A stretch of DNA of 64,000 nucleotides from the NCBI RefSeq assembly GCF_009914755.1, contig NC_060938.1. The stretch is one strand, 5' to 3'. The notes under the pieces were generated by a model. The model did not search any database and had not been told where the DNA came from. It saw only the letters and a list, made by a program, of their open reading frames with translations. This DNA is from the human T2T-CHM13v2.0 reference genome, Homo sapiens. Of this stretch, positions 30,490 to 45,095 are shown in pieces. Position numbers and translations under genes: made by a program. Position 1 is the first letter of the stretch, and each line of letters begins with the position of its first letter.

Positions 30490-31085
30490 TCTAGGCAATC
30501 TCACTCATGCCCATAACTTCAAGAACTACTCATCTGAGCTCTAAACACATACATACAGCTCCACAGCTCTACTGAGGTTTCCTAAAGGCATTTCAAACTC
30601 AGTTTGTCAAAAACAAAACTGCTGATCTTCCTTGACAAACTGATTCTTCTCCATTATTCTGGCTCTCAAGGAGAGATAGCACAATCTCTTCAATCTTTCC
30701 CAAGATCATGGGTCATCCTTGGCAACTCACTCATTATCAGTCCATCTAGTCCGTTAATGGGTCTGATTGGTTTTACTTTCTAAAGAGCTCGTAAATCCAT
30801 CTACTTTTGTATAACTGCAGTATCACCACCTTAGCCCAACCTACCAGAATCTCTCATAAATGAGTTAATACCTATAAAGTGCTTAGGATATTGCTTGGCA
30901 CAAAGAAAGTATCCAATAAATGTTAGTTGTTATTCTTCCTATTCTTATCAGTACCACTTATCTGTGCCACTTACCTATAGCCTGTAATATTGCCTTCCTC
31001 ACATCAACTTTTACCCACTTCCAGCTGTTCTCTACACTGAAGCCTATGTAATCTTTCAAAAACACTATCTGATTATCCCATCTTA
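30490..31085 (+). mobile_element. L2 fragment with embedded MIR 3' piece (~30858-30935)
   Basis: Pyrimidine-rich L2 ORF-end homology (ggcatttcaaactca...aaaactgctgatcttcc). Confidence 0.6.
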
Positions 31086-31133
31086 CCTGCTTTTCCAGGC
31101 ACATAACCTTTCTCATTGCAGGCCAGACCCTCC

Positions 31134-32050
31134 AAAGGGAGGAATTTTACAGCTGGGCTGCTGGGGGTGACATCACATATTGGTAGGACCACGAAGCCCG
31201 CCTGAGTCTCAGACCAGCAAGTTTTTATTAAGGGTTTCAAAAGGGGAGAGTGTGTAAAACAGGGAGTAGGTACAAAGATCACATGCTTCAAAGGGCAAAA
31301 AGCAGAACAAAGATCACATGCTTCTGAGGGAACAGGACAAAAGGCAAAACAGAACTACTGATAAGGGTCTATGTTCAGCTGTGCACATATTGTCTTGATA
31401 AACATCTTAAACAACAGAAAACAGAGTTCGAGAGCAGAGAACCGGTCTGACCACAAATTTACCAGGGTGGAGTTTTTCCCCACCCTAATAAGCCTGAGGG
31501 TACTGTAGGAGACCAGGGCATATCTCAGTCCTTATCTCAACCGTGTAAGACAGACACTCCCAGAGCAGCCATTTATAGACCTCCCCCCAGGAATGCATTC
31601 CTTTCCCAGGGTATTAATATTAATATTCCTTGCTAGGAAAAGAATTTAGAGATATCTTCCCTACTTGCACGTCTGTTTATAGGCTCTCTGCAAGAAGAAA
31701 AATATGGCTCTTTTTGCCCAACCCCACAGGCAGTCAGACCTTATGGTTGTCTTCCCTTGTTCCCTAAAAATCGCTGTTATTCTATTCTTTTTCAAGGTGC
31801 ACTGATTTCATATTTTTCAAACACATGTTTTACAATCAATTTGTACAGTTAACACAATTATCACAATGGTCCTGAGGTGTACATCCTCAGCTTACGAAGA
31901 TAACAGGATTAAGAGATTAAGACAGGCGTAAGAAGTTATAAGAGTATTATTTGGGAACTGATGAATGTCCATGAAATCTTCCCAATTTATGTTCCTCTGC
32001 CACGGCTCCTGCCTGGTCCCTCTGTTCGGGGTCCCTGACTTCCCGCAACA
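31134..32050 (-). mobile_element. MER11 (HERV-K11/HML-8) solo LTR, MER11A-like, truncated at the U5 end
   Basis: Reverse strand begins TGTTGCGGGAAGTCAGGGACCCCGAAC; internal aaagatcacatgcttc repeats; no TSD found at the left end. Confidence 0.9.
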
Positions 32051-33182
32051 TTGAACTACTTAAACTATTCCTTCATCTTCTCATATATTCATGGTTTTGC
32101 CAACCAAAGAAACCTCTAGTTATACTTATCTTATGCAGAGTTGCCCAGCCATGTACCATGATTCATTTAGATGTGGACTAAGATATTGAAATTGTCATCC
32201 TGCGTGTAGGAGGAGAGATGGGTGGGGAAGGGGAGACCTGGGAGAACTATAGGCTATTTGCCTTCTGCGGTGAGCAACTTCCTTCCCAGTATGCAAATCT
32301 ATGATAACATTTTCTGTGTGTTATGACTTGAAAAAGGTTGAGAAGCATTGGTCTAGAAATAATGGATATTAAGCCTCAGTATCAACTCCCTGATCATGAA
32401 GCAGCAGTCACATTTAAATTTTGACTAAAGAGAAAACATTTAAGTGGAAATGCCACTGGGGTCAAATAATTTTCTTATCCCTCTATAGAAGATCAGATTT
32501 ACTCCAATTTTCTTTTTCATTTAGTTCTAATATTTTAGGTCTGTTGTTTCCCTTGAATTGTGTTTATGAATTTTTAACATATAAATGGGTAAGTTTGCAG
32601 AATATCAAACAAAAGATGCTATGTTTAGACATCCAGGGGGTTAACATTGAAATACCAATATTGAAAAAGCTAATTATTGCATAGAGAAGAGTAGCAGTGC
32701 AATACAGTACAAGCAAACTCATGAGGCCATGGTATGAAGGCTATTTTAGTATTGATTAACTATTCTTCCTATAGCCTTAGTACTATTAATGTATCACTGC
32801 TGATTATGCAAATATTGGATTCTGAATATTTAATCTATTTGCAAGGATGGTTCGTTGTATGTTTCCATGGATTGAAAGGAACTGAACCTGGGGGCAGATA
32901 ATCAAGAAGTACCATTTGAGTGCCTGCCATATGCTCAGCATTGTTCTGGGATTTGCCTACACAGAAATAGAACGGGACATGAGCTTCACACCCAAAGAAT
33001 TTGCAAGATAATTTTGACATAGATGAGACAGTAGTTATTCCAAACTATGTCTGGGATGGAAATGACAGCACCAATTACAAAACTAAATACAAAACTGTTA
33101 GATACTTGATAGGTGAGTCTGCTTGATTCACCTTTTTATCTGCTCAGTGCTTGGGCAGTACTATGTAATAAATATTCAGTGA

Positions 33183-33482
33183 GGCCTGGGGCAGTGGCTC
33201 ACCCCTCTAATTCCAACACTTTGGGAGACTGAGGCAGGTGGATTGCTTGAGGCTAGGAATTAGAGACCAGTCTGAGCAACATGGCAAAACCCCTTCTCTA
33301 CTAAAAATACAAAAATTAACCAGGGGCGCTGGTGTGTGTCTGTGGTCCCAGCTACTCAGAAGGCTGAGGTGGGAGGATTGCTTGAGTCTGGGAGGCAGAG
33401 GTTGCAGTGAGCCAAGATTGCACCACTACACTCCAGCCCGGGCAGCAGAGCAAAACCCTGTCCCCCTACACACACAAAAAAA
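33183..33482 (+). mobile_element. Alu (AluJ-like)
   Basis: Dimer within an L2 tail. Confidence 0.9.
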
Positions 33483-33670
33483 CTCAGTGAACATTTGTTG
33501 AATGCATAAATGAATGCAAGTGCTAAATTATGTGATTCTATCTCTAATGCAAGAATCAAATAAGCTGGAAATCACTGAGATCTGGGTTAGCAGAGAAATC
33601 TTTAAAGGAGTTTAAGATTGAATTTTGAGAGATTGGGGTAAGGGTAGTATAAACCACATTTATGTATTCA

Positions 33671-34128
<458 letters not shown>

Positions 34129-37100
34129 ATTTAAATTTCACTCATTTTATGTGACAAAATTATGGAATGCCTTAAAGTCAGGGTAATTTAGAAGAGAAAA
34201 TATCCACTGAAAGTTCTGGGTTTAGGTTCTGTTTTTGTTCTCTAGTGAGGGAAGAAAACCAAAGGATTTGTTTTAGGAAGCTTGGTTTGAAAGTGGTTCA
34301 TGTGATTATCCTAAGTACATGGTTGTCTCTTCTGTTCTGAAAAAAGTCTAGTGATGAGTTTTTCACCAATTTTCATGAGACTCTGTGAGAATATTAAATT
34401 GCCTTTTTAATAATGGTTTCTTCTTGTGTATCTCACCTATTTTTTCTTGTGGCAATATCATTCCATTTCTCGAGTTTTAGAGTTGTGGAAATAAAGAACT
34501 TTTCCTGTCCAATAACTTTTCAAATACTATAGAAAAGAAGTAGACTTTCACTCACCTCGTGAAATATCACCAACTCCCTTGAACCTTCTCACATTGTTTG
34601 TTTCCTAAATTTTAAAGATCATTCCTTAACTATTAAACTTTAGTGATACATAACTAGATTCACCTATGTGGGCCTGACTTGTCCCTTTGTTTTTACGCTT
34701 GAGAAAGAGTGGTCATAATAACACTGTACCTGTAAAGATTAAAGGACTAGAAGCTCCCAAAATAACCGCATTTCAAGAGCAGTTTTGCATATATAGAAAA
34801 GTCAACTTTGTCCAATGCAGGTTAAAGAATTTTTAATTTGGTGTGGACTAAAACATCTCACATTCTCTTTATTCCTCACCCTATCACCATCATTATTATT
34901 TGTGTTACTTTCTTGAATCTTGTCATCCCCAATAATTAGAAAAGGAGTTAACAGCAATAATTATCCAGAGAGCTGTCCCTTCTTTCCTAGAACACCTATA
35001 CATCTAGCTGAGGTCAGAAAGGGTCAATTGATTTGCATAAATCTGCACATGCAGGGATGAAGAGAGAAGACACATTAGCTGAGCACTCTAAGACAACTCC
35101 TGTCCATGAGATGCTATTTCCTGATGGAACTTTTATGGGCCCGTATTGCCTACTCCACCTCCTAACCAAGGACCTCATTCTGAGTTAAAAATCTCAGTGT
35201 TCAGCTGAAATTATCAAGGGTGGAGAAAGGGCTGGGTAAAACTTCAGGTGTTTTTGTATTTTAAAGGTCATTCCTGTAAGATTACTAACTCACCTCGTCT
35301 AAATTGATGCACATTAAAATTGTTTTAACTCACAAAGCAAAAGTAGAGAATATTAAGAGATCCGAAATAATCCATGCTTTTTGCTCCTTTCTTTTCTTGT
35401 TTTACGGTCCGAAAGAACCCACTTCAAATAGGGAAGGGAGTCCAATTTTCAAAAAGCAATTCTTCCGTTTTTTTTCTTTCTGAGCAGCACTCATACAGTA
35501 GCAGTGGTAAAATAAACAACGATGTGTTGAATTTTGTTTCTCTTTATCTATATGACATTTGTGTCATCACCGTAGCTCTAATCCATATTCAGGTCTTCAT
35601 GTTTGGTGTGCAGTAATATGTAAATTATCTCACCAGCTGCATGGAGCAGTGTTTGTTTATTCTATTTCTTTTGGCACTGCACAGAACTGAATTTCTGCCA
35701 AAATGGGGCTGCTTCAGGGAGCACTAATGCTCTAGGAGGAAGTTTTGAAAGGAAACGCACATCATAAGTCTTCACTCTGTGAAGCAGCAAAATCAAAACA
35801 AACTTTTTGTTTACTTAAATATCAGTATTATGAATGTAAAATAATGTGTTTGTTAAAATATAATGAGCATGCTGCCCATCTCTAAGATGCTCAGTGTACG
35901 TGGGCTTTGGAAATGAGGACATAAAGCTGAGAAAGCTGGCGCATTTTTATTCTTAGAAAGAAAGTAGGTGAAATAAAACAGACAGAGACAACAGCTAGAA
36001 GTTTAAGGGGAAAGAAATATTTTAACATGCGTATTAATCTCTGGAAACACATGGCATTTACATGCATTTAAATGTGGACAGCTGTGGCGTTTAAGTGTTA
36101 AAAAATTTCATTAATGATGCATAGAGCTATCTACTTCTGTTGGCAGGCCTTTCAGTCTTCAATCTGACACTTCCTTTTTTATCCAGCAAGCTAATTTCCC
36201 CTCTTTTGTGAGGAGTAACTGTTTTCACACTACTGCTTACCCAGCAAGCCTCCTTATTGTTTCATGGTTAATTATCTTCTCCAGCTTCACCTTCCCCAGC
36301 AAAGGGAGCAGGACTGTTCCTCCCCAGCACTAATGAAAGCTGGGTTTTATGGGTACACTGTGTAAATAAATGCAAGGTCTGATCAGGCAACGTAATAAAT
36401 GAGTTCCTAAAGTTTATGGAGTCACACACAGCTCATCTAGTGGCTTTACTAAATAACGAAGGAAAATGATTAATTTGGTGGGGTTGGGAGCAGGGGGCTT
36501 CAATTTTAGAGAGAAAAAAATAAAGCCTTTGTCAGCTTAGGATGGAAACTATCTGCAGGTAAACATAAGGGATCTCCGTTTATCCAAGTGTTCCTTGTGC
36601 TCAGTAATCGCAGCCATGACATTTGCCAGGAGAATGTCTTGGAGAATAGGCCTTTGAGAAATATTGTTGATTTGGTAAAAGGTGGAGGTCACCTGGTATT
36701 TTATTTCCCTGATTGCTCGCTATTTATTAAGAGAAAAAAGCAACCAAGCTTTAGGTAGTGCAAAGTATCCTACACTCTGCGCTGGAAGCAAGCAAAGCAG
36801 AGATATTCACAAATGCCACCATTGTCCAGTGCCTGGAGAAATAAATTCAGCAGGCATGGCCCAGGTAATCAACTCCACTAGCAGGTCAGTGTCTTACATC
36901 TCTGTGCGATCAACTCAGTCATAGTCTCTTAGTTGCTAGCTCAAGGCCCCATATCTTAGAGTTTGGGACTTGTAGTTATTTTGATTATTTTTTGCAAAGA
37001 ATTTTAGGAGATTAAAATGACCCCAACCCCCTAATGCTCGTTTTTTTTTTTTAATTTACAAAATGAATTCACATTTTGAAATCCTTTTTCTCTATATTGA

Positions 37101-37743
37101 AATGTGCATTTCTTTGATTTGGGAATCTTTGATTTGGGTTACAGTTTGAATTAAGGTCCTGACATTTAAAACTCTCAAGAGCCCGTGTAAGAGCCCAGGA
37201 CAAGAACTTCTATTCCAGTCAAGATTTAGTTCTTAAATTTAATTGGATCTCAGGATCCTAAGTGTGTTTCCCTTGAGGTCGCAAAAAGAAACCCTCCCAG
37301 GGGAGTCTATGTTTTTTAACGTGTCTAGGGACTCTAGCATAGGAATCAGAGTATAAAATCTCTTGGAAACTTACTTCAAAAATGTGTATTGCCTTCTAGG
37401 AAAATTCATCCTAAAATTTCAAGCAACCTTTCTAGCATCAGTGTAACTTGTGAACTTCCCAGTCGTTTTTATGGAGGGGACTCAACAGAGGTGTTCTGGC
37501 AATTCTGAGACTTTTTAATCTCCTCTAAATCTAAAAGCAGTTATCTTTATGAGAGGCTATTAAAGCACAGATACGTTAAATGAAATAAAATCAGATGTAG
37601 AACAAGGATTAGACCATCTTAAGAAAATGACTCATAGCTGACCCACCTATTAATTAGCTTAAACCCTGGGCCAATCAAATGATAAGCATGAGGAAAGCAA
37701 GACAAGTTTCCTTGACAGGCTTAGTTAAGATGAAAAAGAGATT

Positions 37744-38101
<358 letters not shown>

Positions 38102-38320
38102 TCAAACTGACCAACATTTTATTTTTTTTCTCTGAATGACTTGTAATCATAGTCTCATTATTAAAAAACAACAAAAATCATACTCTATTTATTTGAGAGG
38201 AGCAAACAAGAACAGTAATGATATAATGTTGGCTCCCAATTTGTCCTCATTGAGAATGAAGACACAAGAGGCTCTCAATAAATAAAATATGTTCCCATGG
38301 TTAGGTTACAACTGTAACTA

Positions 38321-38488
38321 TGGGTCAGAAGGATGGGGACTTGCGTGATTGGCATCTGAAGTGAAGGCAGTCTTGTGGGACTGAGCCCTCTCACGTATGG
38401 GATCTGATACTAACTCCAGATAGATAGTGTCAACGTTGGATTAAATAGTAAGACACCCAGCTCATGTCTGGAGAGTGGACAGTTGCTT
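38321..38488 (+). repeat. 168-bp MER21 fragment, inverted copy of 39722-39889
   Basis: Manual reverse-complement alignment is ungapped with roughly 14 mismatches. Confidence 0.9.
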
Positions 38489-39689
38489 TTTTACTTGAGA
38501 AGCCTTATATCAGAACTGTAAAGGGCACGGTTCCTAAACGTGAGTGAACTCTATTATCTGATATAAGGCTTTTCAGGTAAACCCACATGTTGGCAAAGCT
38601 CTCCTTGTACCTTCGACTACCTCGGGATCATGCCAAGAATCTTGTGTTCTTGAAACTGAGTTTGCAAGTTGGGACCTTATGTCTATCTCACAGGAAAATT
38701 CGTATGTTAGAAAACTTCACTTGTTTACATGACTATTCACCTTCTCTTTTCTACCAATATGCATTGTAGGTTTTAAAAAATGTAAGTTTTTATTAACGTA
38801 AGATCATTTTCATAAAGGAGGGAGAAGGGTATACTTTTCCCTTAGGCAAAGGTGAGGCAAAAATTACATCCAGGGGTATAAAACTCACATGTTATGTCAA
38901 TCCCTGAGCAATGTCAGGAAAAAAAATGGGGCCAGATATTATCATTGGGAGAAAAGAATGTATGCAACTTTGCATGTGGTTCTGTCACTGTCATTCAAAC
39001 AGATTTACCATGTGGTAGAATGAAGAAAATGCCACCATTTCATTGCAGTTGGGATTTTTACAACTTCATTGATGTTATTTTTCTCTTGAACTTTCTTTTA
39101 TTTGTTTCAGTTCTATGTAATACTAAAGAGGTAAGAAAGAGAAATTCTTTTAATTGAAAAACTCTTCCTAAATTTTTAAAAAATTCATTTTAAACAGTCC
39201 TACATTTAGGTACTTTCTTGAAACTCTGGGGGAAATTCCAGGGAAACACCAAATATAGTGACTGAGAAACAAAAAATAAACCAGTTCTCCTATTCAGGCT
39301 CTTCTCAGTGTAATAAAAATTTCAGTGTGTTGACATGTAAAGCAACAGTCAAGATAATTTATTTGCCAGTGAAAAGTAGATTATTTTTCAAGTTACTTCT
39401 AGTGAAACATTCAGAGTTAGGTGGGAAAGTAACTTTTTTCTACAGTAGATGCTTAACAACTATGAATAATGATTTGCACAAGAATTAACTTGCTTAAGAA
39501 AAACAGAGCCTGATGCAAGGGATTCATCTGTTGCCACCTACCTATAATACTATCAACACTGAGGTTATTGCACCTGAGAATTCTTTAGAAATTATGACAG
39601 TATCTAATTCTTTGATTTATTGGCACAAATATATTGCTTCTCTATAAAAAGTTTCTCTACACACACTTAAAAGTTTCTCTGCACACACT

Positions 39690-40449
39690 CAGACAGCAAA
39701 TGTGTGGGGTTTTTTTACACCAAGCTACTGTCTGCTCTCTGGACATGAGCTGGGTGTTCTACTATTTAATCCAACTTTGACAGTGTCTATCTGGAGTTAG
39801 CATCAGATCCCATACGTGAAAGGGCTCAGTCCCACAAGACTGCCTTCACTTCAGATGCCAATCACGCAATTTCCCATCCTTCTGACCCACGGGCTGTAAA
39901 TTCCCACAACCCTTCCTTAGGTTATTCTAGCCATAACTTGCTAGAATTGCTAGAAGAGCTCAAGGAAACACTTTACTCACATTTACCAGTTTATTTAAAG
40001 ATACAACTCAAGAAAAACCAGACGTAAAAGAAATGTGCAGGGTAAGGGGGCGGGCAAAGCTTCCACATTTCTCCAGGTACCTTACCCACCTAGCATCTCC
40101 AGGTGTTCTGCAACCTAGAAGTTCATCAAATCTCTTTGTTCAAGAAGAGTAGTTACAGTTTTCATCTCTAACCCTACCCCCCCCCCCCCGACCCCTTTCC
40201 CAGAGGTCCTTCGGTGGAGCTGAAAGTTCCAGCCCTCTAATCACTTGGTCTTTCTGGTGACCACCCCCAACCTGAGGCTATCTCAGGACCCTGCCCTAAA
40301 TTTTCTCATTAGCATAAACTCTGTTGTGATCAAAAGGGGCCATTATGAATAACAAAAGGTATTCTATCGCTTAGGAAATTCCGAGGGCTTTAGGGGCTCT
40401 GTGCCAGAGAACTGGGACAAAGGCCAAATATATTTCCTATTATACCACA
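39690..40449 (-). mobile_element. MER21-family LTR
   Basis: Reverse strand begins TGTGGTATAATAGGAAATATATTTGG; contains gggctcagtcccacaagactgcc. Confidence 0.85.
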
Positions 40450-41014
40450 GCTTCTTAATCAAAATAGCACTTATGTGGGCAGCCCCTCCAGTGAACCTGA
40501 AGTTACAGTAAGAAAGGGAAGAAAAGAAATCCTTATATTTTTTTGTATTGCTCTTTCTTCTCGGAATTCCTTCCTACAACTTCACAATCATCCTGTTTAT
40601 AGAACATTCAAGGTCTTTGCAACTTATTCTTCACACACAAAATCAAATTCAAAAGTGATAGGATTTTTTTTTTTTTTTTGCAGGGGGCGGTTGTTATGTA
40701 GAGTTGAGATGGGCTACTGTGCTTTGAGGGTAGAGGTATTAGAACAATTGAAGGGTTTCCTGTACATTCTATGACCTCTGTGGTTTCTCCAATTGTGTTC
40801 TCCTTCCAAGACTGGTGCTGGGACAAACAAGGTGTTGAACAGTACCTGACAGGGCCACACTCCTAATTTCAACTCAAATTTTGCCAGAGAAGCTGGACTT
40901 TTTCAGGCTACCTTCTAGCACATCCTGTACTTGTTTCTTCATGCACTGGCCTCTAGCACCTGCCCTCTCTAAGGTTACAGATGATTTTCTCTTCGTTTAT
41001 TCAGTGGCTTTCCC

Positions 41015-41340
41015 TTAATTCACATAAAGTTAATCACTTTAAAGTGAGCAGTTCTGTGGCATTTAGTAGTTTTAAAATCATTTTAAAGTGAGCAGTTCTG
41101 TGGCATTCACCATGTTGTGCAACCACCACTTCTTCCAAACATTATCATCACTCCAAAAGGAAACCCCAAGCCTGTAAAGCAGTTGCATCCCATTCCTTCC
41201 TCCCCGCCCGCAGGCCCTGGAAAGTACCAGTCTCATTCATCTCTGCAGATTTACCTATTCTGGATACTTTATATAAATGGAATCATACAATATATGACTT
41301 TATTATGTCTGGCTTCTTTCATGAAACATGTTTTTGAGGA
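41015..41340 (-). mobile_element. Old L1M 3'UTR fragment
   Basis: cattcaccatgttgtgcaaccaccac...aatggaatcatacaatatatga. Confidence 0.75.
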
Positions 41341-41507
41341 TATTAGCTTTTACAACTGAGAGTTTGCACCAGTTGAAAGTCAGGGATTTTCCAGGTGATT
41401 TTGCCACAGCACAGTTTACCCTCAGAACCTTTCTCCAGATCCCTTCAACAGTTCTTGAGACAACAGGCAAGTCTTTTTACTTTTTTCCTTCAGATCACTC
41501 AGTAAAT

Positions 41508-41681
41508 TTTTCCTTTCTTTCTTTTTTATTTTTTGGGGACAGGGTCTCACTGTGTCATCCAGGCTGGAATGCAGTGGTACAATCATAGCTCACTACAGCC
41601 TTGAACTCCTGGGCTCAAGCAGTCCTCCTGCCTCGGCCTTACGAGTAGCTGGGACTACAGTCATGTGCCACCATGCCTGGG
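41508..41681 (-). mobile_element. FRAM / AluJ right monomer
   Basis: Reverse right arm. Confidence 0.85.
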
Positions 41682-42589
41682 CAATCAGTAATCACTTTTT
41701 AAGAAGCTGCTTCATGCCAGGCACTATTTTAAGTACTGGGGCTCTAGTGGAGACAGGACAGTCAGAGTACCTGTCCTCATGAAGTTTATTTATGGGAAGA
41801 AAACCCCTGCTTCCCATTACTGGACTCCCTTTTGTCCCTGATCCCTTTTGAGAACAAAGGCAATTTTTACTGTTATAAAACTTACTTTAAAACAACATCT
41901 AATGGATTTTTCATTTTCAACTATTTCAGAATTATCTGTGTAGTCAAGACTAGGAAATGTGTCCGTGTCAGTACTGATTTTAGTGAGATTTGTGAGATGA
42001 CTTTGGATTTTACTTGTCTGTTTTGAGTTTCTGATCAGCTTTGTTATTGAAAAAGAGCATTCACTAGAACAGTTTTTGATCATTAGTGTGAGATAGACTT
42101 TCAAAGCGTTTTCTGAACTGAGACAAGTTACTTTAACATTGTTGTCAATCTGATAGATAGTGAGCAGGATTTGATTGCTCTAATGGGTCAGTTGTGATAG
42201 AATTTCAGACAATGGACTTGCCTTTTTTAAAAAAAGGTTATTTTCAGGAAATAGAAAGTTCTTGAGCTATGGGCCTTGCTGAGGACTGGGCAAGTGTCTT
42301 TTCTCATTTGGTTATCTTTGTGGGATAAGTCCAGCTAGGATATGAAAAGACAAATGTATCACCTCATTTACAGTGCAGTAGAGGTGAGTAAGGGGCCTAA
42401 TCAATGTTTCTTTCTTTGACTCTTTGGTCGTACCAAAGAGATTAGTCAACCAACCTCCAGTCTTAAACACTGTTAACGGTTATTTAGGATTCAGCCATAC
42501 TATCGTCTCCTCACTTCACCAGAGGGAATATATATGCTGATGGCTGCCAGTCATTCCACCCCTACTGTGTACCGGGCTCTCCCCTAGGA

Positions 42590-42770
42590 CTTTACGTACA
42601 TTTTAGTAATTTAAAGCTCCCAACAGTCTATAAGGCAGATACAATGTACTGTAATTGTCCCAAGATAAACAAATGATGGAACTGAGGCATATAGAAGTTA
42701 AATAACTTGTCCAGGATCACACAGCTAACATATGGGAGGGCTGATCCAGGATTCAAACCCAAACCTGTAT
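42590..42770 (-). mobile_element. MIR
   Basis: aactgaggcatatagaagttaaataacttgtccaggatcacacagcta. Confidence 0.75.
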
Positions 42771-42979
42771 GAGTACCTCCTCCAGTTGCAAAATGGCTGA
42801 TAAACATTGAACATTATTCTTTTTATCCTAATTTCTATTTTATTCTATGTTTTTTCTTGCTGACTCTGAATCCATTCTCTGCTCAATAAGAGGCAGAGTA
42901 CTACAAACTCAGAGTTCTCTTAAAAGTTATCTTTCCATTTTCAGAGATGGAAGCAGCTGTTTGTCATTGCTCTTATATG

Positions 42980-43285
42980 GTTTGTTTGTTTGTTTGTTTA
43001 GAGACAGGGTATTGCTGTATTGTCAAGCTGGTGTGCAGTGGCATGATCATGGCTCACTGCAGTGTTGAACTGGTGGCCTCAAGCAATCCTTCCACCTCAG
43101 CCTCCGGAGTAGCTAGGACAACAGGCACATGCCACCATGCCTGGCTAATTTTAAAAAATTTTTACATTGAGACAGTGTCTCACTATGTTTCCCAGGCTGG
43201 TCTCAAACTCCTGGGTTCAAGCGATCCTCCTGCCTCAGCCTCTCAAAGTGCTGGAATTACAAGCACGAGCCACTGTACCTGTCCT
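42980..43285 (-). mobile_element. Alu (AluJ-like)
   Basis: Reverse dimer with (TTTG)n tail. Confidence 0.9.
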
Positions 43286-44240
43286 GCTTTTGTTTTTGTT
43301 TTTATAAAATTTCTACCTAAGTCTAATTTAGGAAAATAATTATGTAACTAATGCTCAGACACTTTGGTTTAGGTTCAGGGTTACAGGGTGCCAAGAAAAG
43401 CAGAGTATAGAATGTTGGCATTTCCCCTAGTTTAAATTGATTCATCTATACTGAGGTATATGTTATTTTCTCTCACCTCTCCATCACCCCCTCAAACCTG
43501 TGTGTTCTGCTTTTCACCCTGGGGTAAATATGTACACCTTTATTCAATTACAGTTATTGCTGCTTATGTTTTTGTCACTTTTATTTATTTATATGTTATT
43601 GTTGTGTTCTACTTTTCTCCAGATAAATCTCTCCTGCCTGGTTTTTGCATGTGGTACTGCCCAATAAACTCCTGGATCTAGAATAAACAGGGGGAGCACA
43701 TATTACAAAACCTTCTTAAAGGTTCTGCACATTCTGAGTACCAGAAGTTTGACTGTAACATTCAGTTCATCCTAGTCTTTTTGAGATTTTTTAGAAAAAA
43801 ATCTTTCAAAAGATGCAACTTTTGAAAGGAAATTAAAGGTATCTAGAGGCGGCTACATCAATTCTCTATTAGGTTATTGTTTTGTAGACTGTCGAGTTCC
43901 TTTATCTTTACTCTTTAGCTAATAAAGTATTTCTCATCTCTTATACACACCCACCATTTAAGCTAAAATTGTAAGAAAATCCTGGAAATGCAATCATGGG
44001 AGACCTAACTCAATTAAAGCCATACACATGCAGAGGGTATTAATTGAGATGGGTATTACCTGCCACAGTTGGAATCTTGGTTCTTCTTTTTTTGTCATCA
44101 TCATAATCATTTCTCCACCACTTTTATTGCTTTCTCTGTATATGTTGTGCTAATATAAATAAAATGCTTCCAAGTGTAAAAATAATAAAATAAACTAGCA
44201 TTATTTAATTCCATTTGTTTCTTGAGCAGATCTGTATAGC

Positions 44241-44268
44241 TGTGTGTGTGTGTGTCTGTGTCTGTGTC

Positions 44269-44301
<33 letters not shown>
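44241..44301. repeat. Compound (TG)n microsatellite
   Basis: TG repeats with TC and TT interruptions. Confidence 0.95.
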
Positions 44302-45095
44302 AATTATTTATATAATGCCTTGGTTTGGGCCAAAATTCTGTACCCATGCAGCAAGTCTATGAATAGAAGACCCTTGCATGAATTAATTCAGAATTATTTC
44401 TGGAATTGCAGGCTGTCTTTTGGAACCTCATTTATTACTCCCTATCCATTTGGTCTCATTCAAATACTCTTAGATTTTGTCTAAATTCATTTAGATTTAT
44501 CACTATATCAAAGACAGGAACATTGTGCCTTTTTTAAAAAGTACCAAATAGCTCCTCTGGGAAAACAACAACAACAAAAACAAACGTTTGATTAGCTTGA
44601 GCATTATTGGTTGTGTTGGGCTATCATCAAAGAGAGCATTCAACCAAATAATTTTCCTATCAGTTACATCTTTGTATATGCAAATCTTTTTTTTCCCAAA
44701 GAGAACTTTTTTAGTTATATAAATACTCTAACATCTTTCTTGGAAACTTTTCCCACTTTCTTGCCCCAGGGGTATATTTTATGGTTGAAGTTAAATCCTG
44801 AGGAAATGGAGATTTTATTGAAAATATTGACAGAATTTAATCCACAACAGGAAGGGAGTGAGCGAGGGCAGAGTGAGTAGCACTTCTTTAATATGAAAAA
44901 ATTTAAAGTCTAAAGTGAATGATTTTCTAATGAATCCTGTCAGATATTTCCTGGAATTGCCATACAAGAAATTTTCAGAAATCACAATAAATATAAGAGG
45001 TTTATAAGAGCAGAGAGTTAATAAAAGAACAGTATTACATCCAAAAGTTTAATCTTTTCCTATGGAAATTTTCCATTCCAACTACAGCTGTTTGT

